A stretch of DNA of 62,337 nt, filler included, from Hausera hauseri (taxonomy: Eukaryota), in assembly GCA_046269625.1 (NCBI GenBank). It is 12 parts of 12 records of this genome, joined end to end, with 100 filler letters (N's around TTAATTAATTAA, not from the genome) between each part and the next. Parts side by side here need not be neighbours in the genome. Positions count along the whole stretch, not along the records: positions 43,792 to 49,052 come from JBJURY010296057.1; positions 49,153 to 56,121 come from JBJURY010047776.1; positions 56,222 to 62,337 come from JBJURY010138649.1; 9 more parts are not named here. One strand, written 5' to 3'. The notes beneath the pieces were generated by a model. That model was not told where the DNA came from, made no database searches, and saw only the letters and a program-made list of their open reading frames with translations. Every line of letters begins with the position of its first letter. Position 1 is the first letter of the stretch. The translations under genes were made by a program, and so were the position numbers. Shown one piece after another: positions 46,204 to 58,212 of this stretch.

Positions 46204-48991
46204 ATCTTGTGATTTGTATGCAGGACATTCTAATCACATTTGTTGTGGTTTATCATATGGGATATCATACAGAATTCAATATTCCCTTACAAAAATAATA
46301 GAAGGAAAATGGTATACATCTTATTACTCGTTTCCAGGTGTGATATACTACTTCAGCAAACCCGATTTTCTTGTAACATTCTACACAAAAATTATGAAGA
46401 ACGGACCGTGTGTAACAGCCGAACCGGATCCCCCAATAACCAGATATCGAACAATCAAATACAAAATATTTAATGCAACCGATACAATAGAATGTAGACC
46501 CTTTTATCAAAATCCTTATTTATGTTGTTCTATATCCTTCGATAAGGAATATATGGTATGGTATTGGACAGGATTGATGACAGATCATGATTGGAAATGG
46601 TCGGATTTGTTAATAGGCCCAGAAGTAATAGTGAAATCATCAAAAATAATAATAACCTCTACTAGAGTAACAATGATTTCTACTATAAGTTCAATAACAC
46701 AGAAATCAACCAGAGCTATGAATATAATTAGAGAATTAGACATAACCGTACAGTCGACATCACACTCTCTCATCATCACTGTGTCAAATTTAAAGAATAC
46801 AAACATAAAATTTGAGTGTTTCCTTTATAATAAGATGGTCAGTGAAGGAATTATAACCCCAGAAGAACCAACAGCAGCATGTATGTTTTTAAAGGATGAT
46901 ACCCGTTATAAGGTTATTATAACAGAACTGGATGAGGACGGAAGAACTATACAGACAAATTATCGTTTAGAGAAAACTTTAAAACAAGTAAATACGCCAA
47001 CTATGAGAATTATAGAGATAGTAACTACACAACAAAACAATAAAAATACCGATAAATATTTTTGGATACTTGTTACAGTAAGTGTTTTACTAGTAATATT
47101 AGGTTTACTTTTGCCCCCAGTAATCTATTACTCTAAAGTTAGACGGCGACAACGTAAAACAAAAGAGATAATAAGACAATTAAAATTGTTAAGAGAAAAC
47201 TCCCAAGAAGAAATATCAGATAATATAGGCGCGCCTCCTTTAAACAATGATAATCGGCAGATTGCCGAACATGAATCGTTTGATAATAATGATTGTCAAG
47301 CTGTAAATTTGACTAGATATGAACGGCAAAATCATCCGTTAATGCCTACCGATGAGAATCGGAAAAATAAAAAGATTACCCGACAAGTGAGTCGATCCAC
47401 AAACGTAATTGTATATTATTGTACAGTGGTACAAGACAAGGCCGTTGAAATTTTTACGACCTACCATAATTATAAATCAAATAAACAAATTTACAGTTAT
47501 AAACCATTTCTAAATCTTTTCTGGTTAATATTAATTTGTTTCTTTTTAGTTCAAGAAGGTTCAGAATCAGTCGACAGAGTAAAATCATTTTACTTCAATA
47601 TCATCAATAATATCAATCAGACCACTGAAAAGGATTACATGTATTTCGGAAAAGCCAGCCTCATCCCAAATAACTTAAAAGGTCATTTAGTAGATCAGAG
47701 AGCTGGACTAATCATCAAATTACCAAATGCATCGACAAAACTTTCGGACCTTATCGACATCTCTAGCCGCACAACCTCTGTCTATATATCAGTAGCAAAA
47801 GAAAAGTTACAGTTGAAAAGCAGAGCCCACCTGAATGAGTTTACAGATATTCTCGAAGTTCCCTCATTTTCGACAGTTAGACTGGACAAGCGGTTTTACA
47901 AGAATGTTACGATCATATTACGTGCATGTGGAGGACAATCCCCAATTATATATATCGAAGTGACTCGCAGAGAAAACTTACCTGAAATAGAGTACGAAAA
48001 ACCCCTATACCCTGCTAACCTACCAAACCGAGAACAATTGGTATCGGGAATGTCTTTCTGCCGATTGCCGACAGTAAAAGAAAATAGAATAAATATCGTA
48101 GCGGTTAATTCCGCATACTTGTTAACGCCACTACGACACAAAGAAACAACACTGATAGAAATAACTATTATGGATTTGCAGGGAAATATTATCCTCGATG
48201 AAGTAATCACTCCGAGAAACAGAATTGATAACTATAATAGCCAGATTACAGGATTGAAGGAAGTGGATATACAAGGACAGATGGATGCCTACCAAATAAG
48301 ACCTTTAATCAGACAAAAACTTAACGGAAAACTTATCGTTGGAATGGATGTGTACAACACTAACTTGCAATTGGATTTGGTTGATAGTAACGCCATTCAC
48401 GGTATTCGTGATTTGCAGCATCATTCCGAAATAAACCCGGAAAGAAAGCTTACCCAAAAACAAATTCTTATGAAGTATAATGATATAGTCTATCCCCTCC
48501 GTACCCGAGAAAAAGCCCTTGTAATGCTGAAAGTTTACAAATCGATCCTTGAATATAAAACAAATACTGATACCTACAAACAAAAACAATCCGATGAACG
48601 AGAATCAACTATGAAAATTTATTCTGAAAATGAACAGTCTTCAGTCTTAAAAGAAACTTCACAACAGATCATATCAAAACCTCTTTCTAATACAATTCCT
48701 GAACCAATGGACACTGATAAAACCCCAGAAATCACCATTTTGGATCAACCAACTACTAGTGAAACAGTTGCTACTATCAATTCGGACGACTCTATCACAA
48801 TTGACCTCACGAAAACTAAAAAGAAAAGATCAACTCGTGAAACAGTTACCCTGAAAAAGAAAATCCGGAAGGGCAATCAGTGGTTGCGGTTAGATTCCGC
48901 TAATTACCGATATGCGAACGGAATCTTGGAAACCTACCCTCTGGCGCTGAGGACAACGCCATCTGAGGAGGGAGGTGTTGATACCCAATAA
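46170..48991 (+). CDS. Extra retroelement ORF (about 940 aa): Cys-rich ectodomain, S/T stalk, FN3-like domain, TM1, second hydrophobic segment, inactive DEDDh (REX4/ISG20-like) exonuclease fold
   Basis: TM1 at about 47057-47131 followed by KVRRRQRK. Hydrophobic segment at about 47507-47551. 48090-48545 has ITIMD..GNIILDEVITP..IDNYNSQITGL..IRQKLNGKLIVG..IRDL, typical of REX4-like nucleases. The ORF ends inside the LTR. Confidence 0.8.
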
Positions 48992-49052
48992 CCAAGTTAC
49001 AGGCCATGTGATATTACAATCGATCAGAATGACCGACATATTTATTTTTGTC
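48965..49052 (+). promoter_or_regulatory. Polypurine tract (48965-48975) and start of the 3' LTR (TGTTGA at 48976)
   Basis: GAGGAGGGAGG is directly followed by TGTTG. Confidence 0.75.
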
Positions 49053-49791
49053 NNNNNNNNNNNNNNNNNNNNNNNNNNNNNNNNNNNNNNNNNNNNTTAA
49101 TTAATTAANNNNNNNNNNNNNNNNNNNNNNNNNNNNNNNNNNNNNNNNNNNNCAACAACGTGCCATTGTCGATTGTAGTCACGCCACTTCTAGTGATCCA
49201 CAAATTATCAAAGTCCAATTACGTTACGTAAAATGTTTCATTGATTTACAGCATCTACATAAAAGAAAAATTTGTACAATTGATCTCATCATTAATCTAA
49301 TCAATCTCAACAATAATTCTAATTCGTTATTGAAAAAGTCGACGACAAACGACAATGGTCATAACTTTTCTTTGAAATTGAATTATTCATCAAAATTAAT
49401 TGAATTATATCCGTTTTACAAATTATACATACGCAGAGCTACTGTTTTATTTTTACCAAACGAATTTAAACAATCATTAAGTGATTCAAATGAAGTTCTA
49501 AAAGCATACGTAAATTCCAGCAGGCTTCTTCCCAAAAAACGACACATTGTTCATGTAACTACTCATTTGGCTTATATAGAGTGTAAAATACAACAATGTA
49601 CTTCGAAAAATAGCTCCTGTGACTACATTGTCGAACAAAACGATATATACAAAGAGAACAATTACTCCGAATTTGAGCAGACCAAGCATTGCACCCATCA
49701 TTTACACAATATATGTAATACAATAATTTAAACTTTTCCAAAAGGTACACAAAACAATATAATTTTTATATTTTCCCAAACACAATTAATA

Positions 49792-50060
49792 GTGACCGGG
49801 CTTAAGATCACATTGGAAAATGAAACGACAGCAACAAATAATCCAGTTGAAGAATACATGTATGAAATACTCAGCCCGGGAAAAAAGTCTATCACATTCG
49901 AACAAACGGAAACAACAGCTATCAATCTGGTATCAGCATTCAACCCAAACAATCTTCTATTAATGTACCAAATAATTAATTGTATTTTAAAATTCCTAGA
50001 CAAAAACATGGAACCTGGTACGATTCTAATTTTTCCCTCGATTTATGAACATTTAATTAA
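49792..50060 (+). pseudogene. Possible DEAH-box helicase fragment
   Basis: IINCILKFLD..PGTILIFPSIYEHL resembles the GAILIFLPGYDEI motif. This is a single motif only. Confidence 0.3.
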
Positions 50061-50452
50061 CTTATTATTATTGATTATTCTTTCTACAAAAATAGGCGAG
50101 TCAAGCCTCATCATATACTATATTTCTCATATCATAGATTATATTAAAATATCAAGAAATTCTATGACACTGTTACTGAGAGAAACAAAACACAAGCTGA
50201 ATCACTCTGGCCTCTTAATCTGGAACTTAGTCCGAAGATGGTCGAAAGAGATAACTTACCTATCCGTATTTCATCATTCATAAATGATTTGTTTGAGGGA
50301 TCGAGCGTTCCCGCCTCCGTTGCGCCATGTCCCCTTTCTTTTTTTATTTTTTCTAATCATAAACATATCCACACATTAAGGGTTACACACACACACAAAC
50401 ACCTCATTCTTTATACTGAATTGTACTCTTCGGTTTTTCTGATTTTTACCTT

Positions 50453-53400
50453 ATGCACAACGGTCTAGTTCTGCAACCTTACGATTCTCTTCCATTCTTT
50501 GCACACGAGAAATATTCCATCACTCTCACTGTCAATTTTCGCATCCGTGGTGGATCAGACCTTGATCCTTCTTCCGAGCACTTAACAAAAACTAGATCAG
50601 GCCGTCGTTCTGTCGATCCTACACCAAATATATTTCCCAATCTCCCATGCACGGACTTCTTTTTAGATAAGACGAATTCTAGTCGTACCTGGCTGCAGTT
50701 CCACTTGCAATGGCTAAAAGCCAATCATATTACAGATCCTTTTTTGCGGGCTAACAGTTTACTGCTGCTACTGCCAGCCAACATCAAACAGCAGATCAGT
50801 AATCTGGCTGACATACTCTTTTCTTCAAGCCCATATGATATGCTGTACGAGCCGGTTCTACATATCACCGACCCTTCAATCGACAGCACAATCCAGAAGT
50901 ACTTTAAGGAACACGCTATTGGAAATCAAAAACCATCAGATTTCCTTAAAACGGCCATTTCACAACTGAGCTATTTAGGCGTGACTCCGACGAACAATGC
51001 TGATCTTCTTCGTCGATACTTTCTCTTATCTCTGCCAACCTCCATCCGAGCGTTGCTTACTGTAGTAGATGACTCTACTGCCCTCGAAAAGCTCGCCTTA
51101 TTGGCAGACAAAAGCTTCGATATTCTGCAGTTCAATAACTCGCAGCCTGTAGAGGCAGCAACTGCTCATATACCACCAGACAACACGTTATTTGCTTAAA
51201 AACTAAACATAATGCAGAAACAATTCGATACCCTACAACAAGCAATTTCTGCAATTACGGCCCGACTTAGTGACATATCTGTGCCTCGAGGGAGCGAAAA
51301 TCGCATTTTTCGCGATCGCAGTTTGTCTAGGCACTCGTCTTGTTCTAAATCCAGAGAGGGTAAAATGGCGTGTTTCTATCACAACAAATTCCGCAGAGAT
51401 GCACAGAAATGTGTTTTAGGTTGTCGATTCTACGATGCACGATATGCCATAGACAATCCAATCTGCATCTATCACGCAAAGTACCAGTCCAAGGCTAGCT
51501 CATGCGTGTCAGGATGTAAATGTTATAAAAGGAATTCTAGTTCTCCATTTTCTTTGCCTCTGCGCACTCACTATTCCTCCTCTTCCTACCAACAAGTCTC
51601 AAAAAACCAATAATGCCGCCAGATGCCACGGCACATTCTGGTACAGGCAATATCGTTCAAACTACTGGCCATTTCAACACCGCATCTGCAGTCTTTCTGT
51701 TGAAAGCTGATCTGTTATTTGAGGACACATCACACGTAGATTTCCTTATTGATTCAGGAGCTGCTTTTCCACTTCTTCCTTTGTCTTTTACTCCTACATC
51801 TAACACAGTTATGTTTCCTCCACTCTTCACTGCCTGTGGTCATCCTTTGAACATTGTAGCTACCACAAAGCTGTCCTTCTCATTCTACAACCTACCAGGG
51901 AAATTTTCCTGGAATTTTCACATAGCAAACATCAAATCGCCCATAATAGGCTCCGATTTCTTGGCTGCATACGATTTGTTAGTCGACTGCAAGCATAAAT
52001 GCCTCCTGCGCAGAAACTTCATTGCAAACTCTACCAAATGCTCACCAAACTACCAGTCGGACACTTTGTCTTCCTCTGCTCATTCAAATGTCAATTTGAC
52101 ATCCTGTTCATCGGTTGACAACAACACGCTTAACATTTCATCTATATTTTCAATCTCGTCAAGTGGGAACAAATCAATTTTGAAACATTCGGCTGAACCA
52201 AATGTCGTTAATGAAGCATCTAGTCTTTCTACATCGATTACAGCAACTGACTCTTATAATGATATGCCATCATCATTCTTATCGTTAGATTCTGACCTTA
52301 AATCCTACATTAAGACTTCTTGTTCCCGCACTCTTAAGAAGGACATCAATTTCAAACCGCATTCTGCAACATATCATCACATAGTCACCGAACACCAAAG
52401 ACCTATTAGACAAAAGGTCAGACCACTGTCACCTCGCAGACGAAAAGCTGTTGAATCTGAGTTCAACGAACTCGAAAAGGCGGGCATGATCCGACGATCC
52501 AAATCACCATGGGCTTCGCCTTTGCATGTTGTGACGAAGAAAGATGGCACATACAAACCATGCGGTGATTATCGGCAATTAAATAATCTAACAGTCATGG
52601 ATGCTTATCCTTTGCCGCTCATAAACGACATGCTGCACAGCCTTACCAACACTGATACGTACTCCACAACTGACTTGCATAAAGCATATCATCAAATACC
52701 TGTTTCACCTAATGATATTCCAAAAACTGCTATTATCACTCAATTTGGCCTCTACGAATATATCTTTATGCAATTTTGTTTACGTAGTGCCTCTCAAACT
52801 TTCCAATGGCACATTGATACTGTACTCTCAGGCCTTGACTTCGCTCATCCATATATTGATGACATATTAGTTGCCTCCACATCCGTCAAACAACATCAAT
52901 AACACCTTCGTATTATCTTTCACAGATTACATCACAGCAATTTGCAAATCAACTTCTCCAAGTGTCATTTCTTTCAAAAACGTATAAATTTCCTAGATCA
53001 CATCATCACTCCTCACGGCCACTCTCCACAACCGGATCGACTGCAACAATTGAAGAACATAACTCTACCAACGACTACCACGGATATGAGAAGTTTTTTA
53101 GGCACACTCCACTTCATCTACAAATACGTACCTCATTGTTCTGAGCTTACAGCACCTTTTGTAAATTTGTCATCCGGAAGAAAGAGTCAGTTGATACACT
53201 GGACTCCTGGTTTAGTCACCAAGTTTGATCACTTACGCGATGGCCTAAAAACCGTCTAAATATTGGCCTATCCAAAGCCCAACGCAGATCTTATGCTTAC
53301 CACCGATGACTCGATCACAGCCACCTGCGCAGTACTACACCAAATTTCCAACGGGGCTGATGAACCATTAGAATTTAACTCTAGGAAGCTTACACAACCT

Positions 53401-55135
53401 GAAAGCCGTTATTCAACATTTGACCGTGAGTTACTCGCCATAGTTCTGGCAGTAAAACATTCTAAACACTTATTTCTCTCTCGTCCATTTGTGATTCAAA
53501 CTGATCACAAGCCTGTCCTGCACATCATGTTGTTAAAACAGCCATCGCCGAGGCAAGAAAGACATATATCATACCTGTCTACATTCAGTTTTGTTTTGGA
53601 ATACATCTTAGGAACAGATAATTTGGTAGCAGATTTTCTATCAAGGTCGGTTGGCTCCATCACAGTTGAGCCGATGTTTTTATCCGAAGTGTTAAAGGCA
53701 AATCTACCGTCTGCTGACTTTCTTAGTTCCTTCAAATCTTTCGAGATCATAGATGGCATTGCTTATGATACGTCAAACACCGGTAATAAAAAGGTCCTTC
53801 TAGCACCACCTTTACAAAAGCCAGCTTTCGTTCGTACGCATTCCATCTATCATCCGGGTTCGAAAGCAACCTTTCGCCTGCTACAACGTTATGTAGTTTG
53901 GCCATCAATTAGCAAGGATGTACAGGGCTGGGTTAAAGAATGCATAGCCTGTCAAAAATACAAAATCAACAAACACCTTAAACCGCAGCTGTACCATTTT
54001 TCTTGCACATCACGCTTTCACACAATTCATCTTGATCTCGTTGGCCATTTACCTGCTGATAACGGATATCAATATATCCTTACTGTAATGGATCGTGCTT
54101 CTCGCTGGCCTAAAGCCGTTCATCTTCGTTCAAAACACTGATTCAGTAGCTGATGAATTTATAAAAATATGGATCAGTCGTTTTGGTTCCCCACGTTAAA
54201 TAATAACGGATCAAGGTCCACTATTTAAATCGCTTGTAAAATACCTGGGGATATCCCATCTCCACACAACTCCATATTATCCTCAAGCAAATGGCCTTCT
54301 TGAAAGGTTCCATCGAACAATGAAAGTTTCTTTAAAAATCTTGGCTGACACTCATTTCAATTGGACGTCCATTTTACCATTTGTTCTACTAGGGTGGTGC
54401 AACACACTTTCTACCACTACCAATTGTGTTCCAGCCGCGGCACTCTTTGGGACTCCAATTTGAGCCTTATTTGAACTTTCTGATCTGGACGACAACCCCA
54501 CAGACGAAAACATTCGTGCAGCACAATCTCACTTCGTCGAGGTCAGCTTAGATTCATTCTGTCGTCTCTTTAACAAAAATCCTATATTCCGAAGGACTTA
54601 TACTCCGCCAAGTTTGTGTGGCTGAAGGATCAATCGCCTTCTGGTTTTAGACTTCAATATGTTGGCCGATACAAACTGCTGAATCTTTTATCTCACATAG
54701 CAACCATCTTACACCAAGATAAACCTTACAACGTTAATATTCGAACTTGAAGCCCGCTTTCTTCAATGGCGATATTCCAGATACCAATTCTACCTCCAAC
54801 TCAAACTCAGATAGCACTGCTACCGATTTTCTAAATGATTTTACATCACCTACAATTGCATCGCCTTTTTTGCTTTACTCATCTTCGCTATCATCTCCAT
54901 CACAAAATATCACTCAACAGCCCAGCACAAATCCATCAAGTAAGGTACGCAGAGTGACATTCAATACGTACAGCAGAGAAAAGTTCTTTGATGGCACACA
55001 ACGCTTGACCCGCACTAAAACCGAATAGGCACCGAACATTGTTCCTTTTGCAACTCATCGTTTTCAACCATCTTATCTTCATCATTCTTTTTCGCCTTCA
55101 CATCGTTTTTTTGCTATGGGGGGTGATGTGGTGCC
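50453..55135 (+). mobile_element. Near-full-length degenerate CsRn1-like Ty3/Gypsy element (gag, PR, RT, RNase H, integrase, PPT)
   Basis: Gag with GNQKPSDFL..LALLADK and CHCC knuckles, FLIDSGA, SPWASPLHVV, CGDYRQLN, YIDD, RNase H and integrase motifs. In-frame stops at 51197, 52900 and 53257 and others. PPT GGGGGG at 55118-55123, then TGTGG at 55127. No matching LTR pair seen. Confidence 0.94.
51601..51641 (+). promoter_or_regulatory. Putative -1 ribosomal frameshift signal between gag and pol
   Basis: A-AAA-AAC in the gag frame just before the gag stop, pol in the -1 frame, and complementary blocks downstream. Confidence 0.65.
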
Positions 55136-55673
55136 ACGATCGCGGGCACAGCTCGTTTTCTTGCCAGAATACTGATCGTCAATCTCCATTTTTTGAAAAC
55201 ATCTCCAATTTCTCTCATTCAGTGGAAATTGCAATCTCTCCGACATGTGACTCTTTCAGAATCATTTATCAAATCGTTTATCAAATCAAACGATAAAGGA
55301 CTATCATTTGTTGAATCATCACCAAATGAACTTTCCATCATTCTATTTACAACGTCGTTTCAATAAATGGTTACGTCACTTCGCACATCTACAATGTTCC
55401 TTTCTAATAGACAGTTCAGTTAGGCTCACATCTAAATCTACGAGACTTCTCTCCTGAAAGGCAGTGCAAAATATAGACATCCTTTTGATATTATTGTTAA
55501 TATGATAGACACGATATAAAAATTGATTAAATTACAGTATTGATAGTTTTAAATTTGAAAAAAATACAAATTTTTACTATTATTGGATTTATTTTTCTAC
55601 GACTTATTATCAACAAAACAATTAGCACAAAATCCATTATCAATATTAAATGAAGTAGATACAAACGAGGGAA

Positions 55674-56121
55674 ATGATAGTAGTAGTAATAGCAGTAGGG
55701 TCGCTTCATAACATTGTTAATGAAACACCAGATATTAATCTTTTACATTTATCCCTTCTGGCAGTCCAAAATCCTTGGGAATCAGGAGCCAGTAATCCCC
55801 ACCGAGTATCACGGGGACAATATCTAAATACTAGAACCCGGCAACTAGCACGGAAGATTAAGAACCAAAAACTGCAGTGCCGCACACGATATGAAGTACT
55901 TATAGTAACTGTGGATGGATTAAGAATAAGACAACGTCAGAAAGACGATAGCATTCGGCAATTAGCAGGGGAAATACAAGATGTTCCTTATCAAATACAA
56001 AACTCATTAGCATTACAAGCATATATTGCAGATAATAGTAGAAGATTGGAAGAACTTGAAGAACAACTCATATGGAACGAGAATTTACTGATGATACGGC
56101 GCAAATACACGAATTACAACA
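55674..56121 (+). CDS. Uncharacterised coiled-coil ORF, 3'-partial
   Basis: About 150 open codons to the contig end with heptad-like RLEELEEQL. No family recognised. Confidence 0.3.
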
Positions 56122-58212
56122 NNNNNNNNNNNNNNNNNNNNNNNNNNNNNNNNNNNNNNNNNNNNTTAATTAATTAANNNNNNNNNNNNNNNNNNNNNNN
56201 NNNNNNNNNNNNNNNNNNNNNTAAAAAAAGAATAGTACGATTTTCCTAAGTGCACCCTAGACCATGACTTTTGGAGAACTTCGATTTTTTATTGACTGTG
56301 CGGGTTAGCATCACTCCAATAACGATAATTGTGGCGATGAACAAAACCATAAAAAAACAATGATGCATCTGAAAATATAACATTGAAACCAAAGTTATGG
56401 TCCTAATTAAATCTAGCTAATGCCCATTCACAAAACTGCATTCTGTGATCAAAGTCCCATCCATCCAATTGCTGATGCATTTAAACTTTAAACGGATGAA
56501 ATTTAAAGATTTTTAACACTTTATAAACTAGATTTAAAAACGCCATATTGTTGAGCAACAGATCTTGTCGTATTGTGCGGATTAGCTGCAAATGATGCAA
56601 GGATATTTGTTGACATCTCGTCGTTACATACAGATTTCGCACGACCAATTCTTGAGGAATCAGAGACGTTTCGGGAACAAAATCGCGAATACGACCTCAA
56701 AACTGTTGCATGAGTTGGCCTTGGTATTTAAGGGTGGCTTTCATGGAATTGATCTCAAGTAATTCGACTGTTATTATCATTTCTAATAAATAATTGAATT
56801 AACTCGATTCGATGAGCTAAGCAAAACTTAGGTGGTATTTCAACAGTAAATAATACGAATGATAAGATTAAACAAGATTTATACCTCCATAACAAAAAAA
56901 CATACGACCGTGAGTAGGTAGAAAATGCTAAGTCTGCACCATCCCCGGAGGTGTGCGAATCGATAAATCAATTTGCACATGTGCCAATCGGTAGTGCACA
57001 TGGAGCACAATCAATCGGTAATGTGCAATTAAAATTGAAATCGATCGAGTGGATTTCGAATAATATCGATCCAAAGTGCAACTGGTGCAGACTTCCCATA
57101 GTTTTTTAGGTCCCAAAGAGTCAAAATTCGACAAATGTTTCAGCGGGAACGGATAGGAAGTGTCACATTGTAAGCCGGGTCTTCCATCTCAGATTTCCGA
57201 AATTCCGTGCACAACTCGAATAAGTATTGATTTTCACCGAATAGTATTGATTATCTTGACACCCATAAATTTTTTGAAAAATCTGAGAACGCCAGTCGAT
57301 TCCCCATGTTTTAATGCATCTATATAGCACTACAAATGTGTCGCACATGTGCAAGTGTGCATTAATCAATAATAACGGTTTTCCGATAAAACCTTTGAAG
57401 TTGATTTTAGCACACAGGCAAGTGGAAATCGAAAAATGTAAAAGCGTACACAAACTAACATGTGCTGTATTCGATTATGAAGTCAGATATTCGAAAACTC
57501 GAAAATAAGTCGAACTTTTCGAATAATTGATTTTCTATTCGAATAGAAGCAAAAATCGAAAAATCTAAAAACGTAGAGGGATAGAAACCCATATATGGAG
57601 AATCCGAATATGACGTCAAATATTCGAAAAGAGGCTTAAATAAAAAGCTGATTTTTCGATCGAATTCGAATAGTACTATCGGATTCCCCATGTCTGAAAA
57701 CCTTTGTAGACCAAAAATATGGTGTGCTGTGTTTGGAACAGTCTCGAAATGAATAAAACATTGAAAAATCCGATAATATTCGGTCAAGCATGCATTATTG
57801 GAACAATCTGATTACTCCATTCGATTGTATGAGAACCTATTTAGTACCCAAGTGCATTTACTTTATTTGATGCATTAATACGAAGTGTTCTAGAATGTTA
57901 AAAAATTCAAAATAAAAAAAAATCCATGAGGCAGTATGCGTCGATATTACTGTTTCATTATTTACAAAACCCCTTCTAGGAATGGTGAGGTTTTTATTTG
58001 TGCTCCTCAAATAATTGGTTGATTTTTAGATGTGCAATCTATACAAACAATGCTTGGCTCAAATCCACGAGCCTGAAAATTGCCACAATAATATGCAGAA
58101 AAACTTTAGCCATCTATACAACAGGGTAGTGTGCCAGACTAAATATGAAGACTTACATTGCCCATAAACAACACCTGCTTTCCTTCACCAAGTCGACAAA
58201 ACACTGCGAATA

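Noticed and set aside
39172-49052. Joining the glycoprotein-PR-RT contig and the RT-IN-cargo contig into one element
   Set aside because: They are separated by a spacer, lie on opposite strands, and their overlapping RT segments differ (GLSYIADILI versus IMCYVDDVII), so they are different families.
50290-50460. 5' LTR/PBS of the CsRn1-like element
   Set aside because: No clear match to the sequence after the PPT at 55127 and no recognisable PBS.
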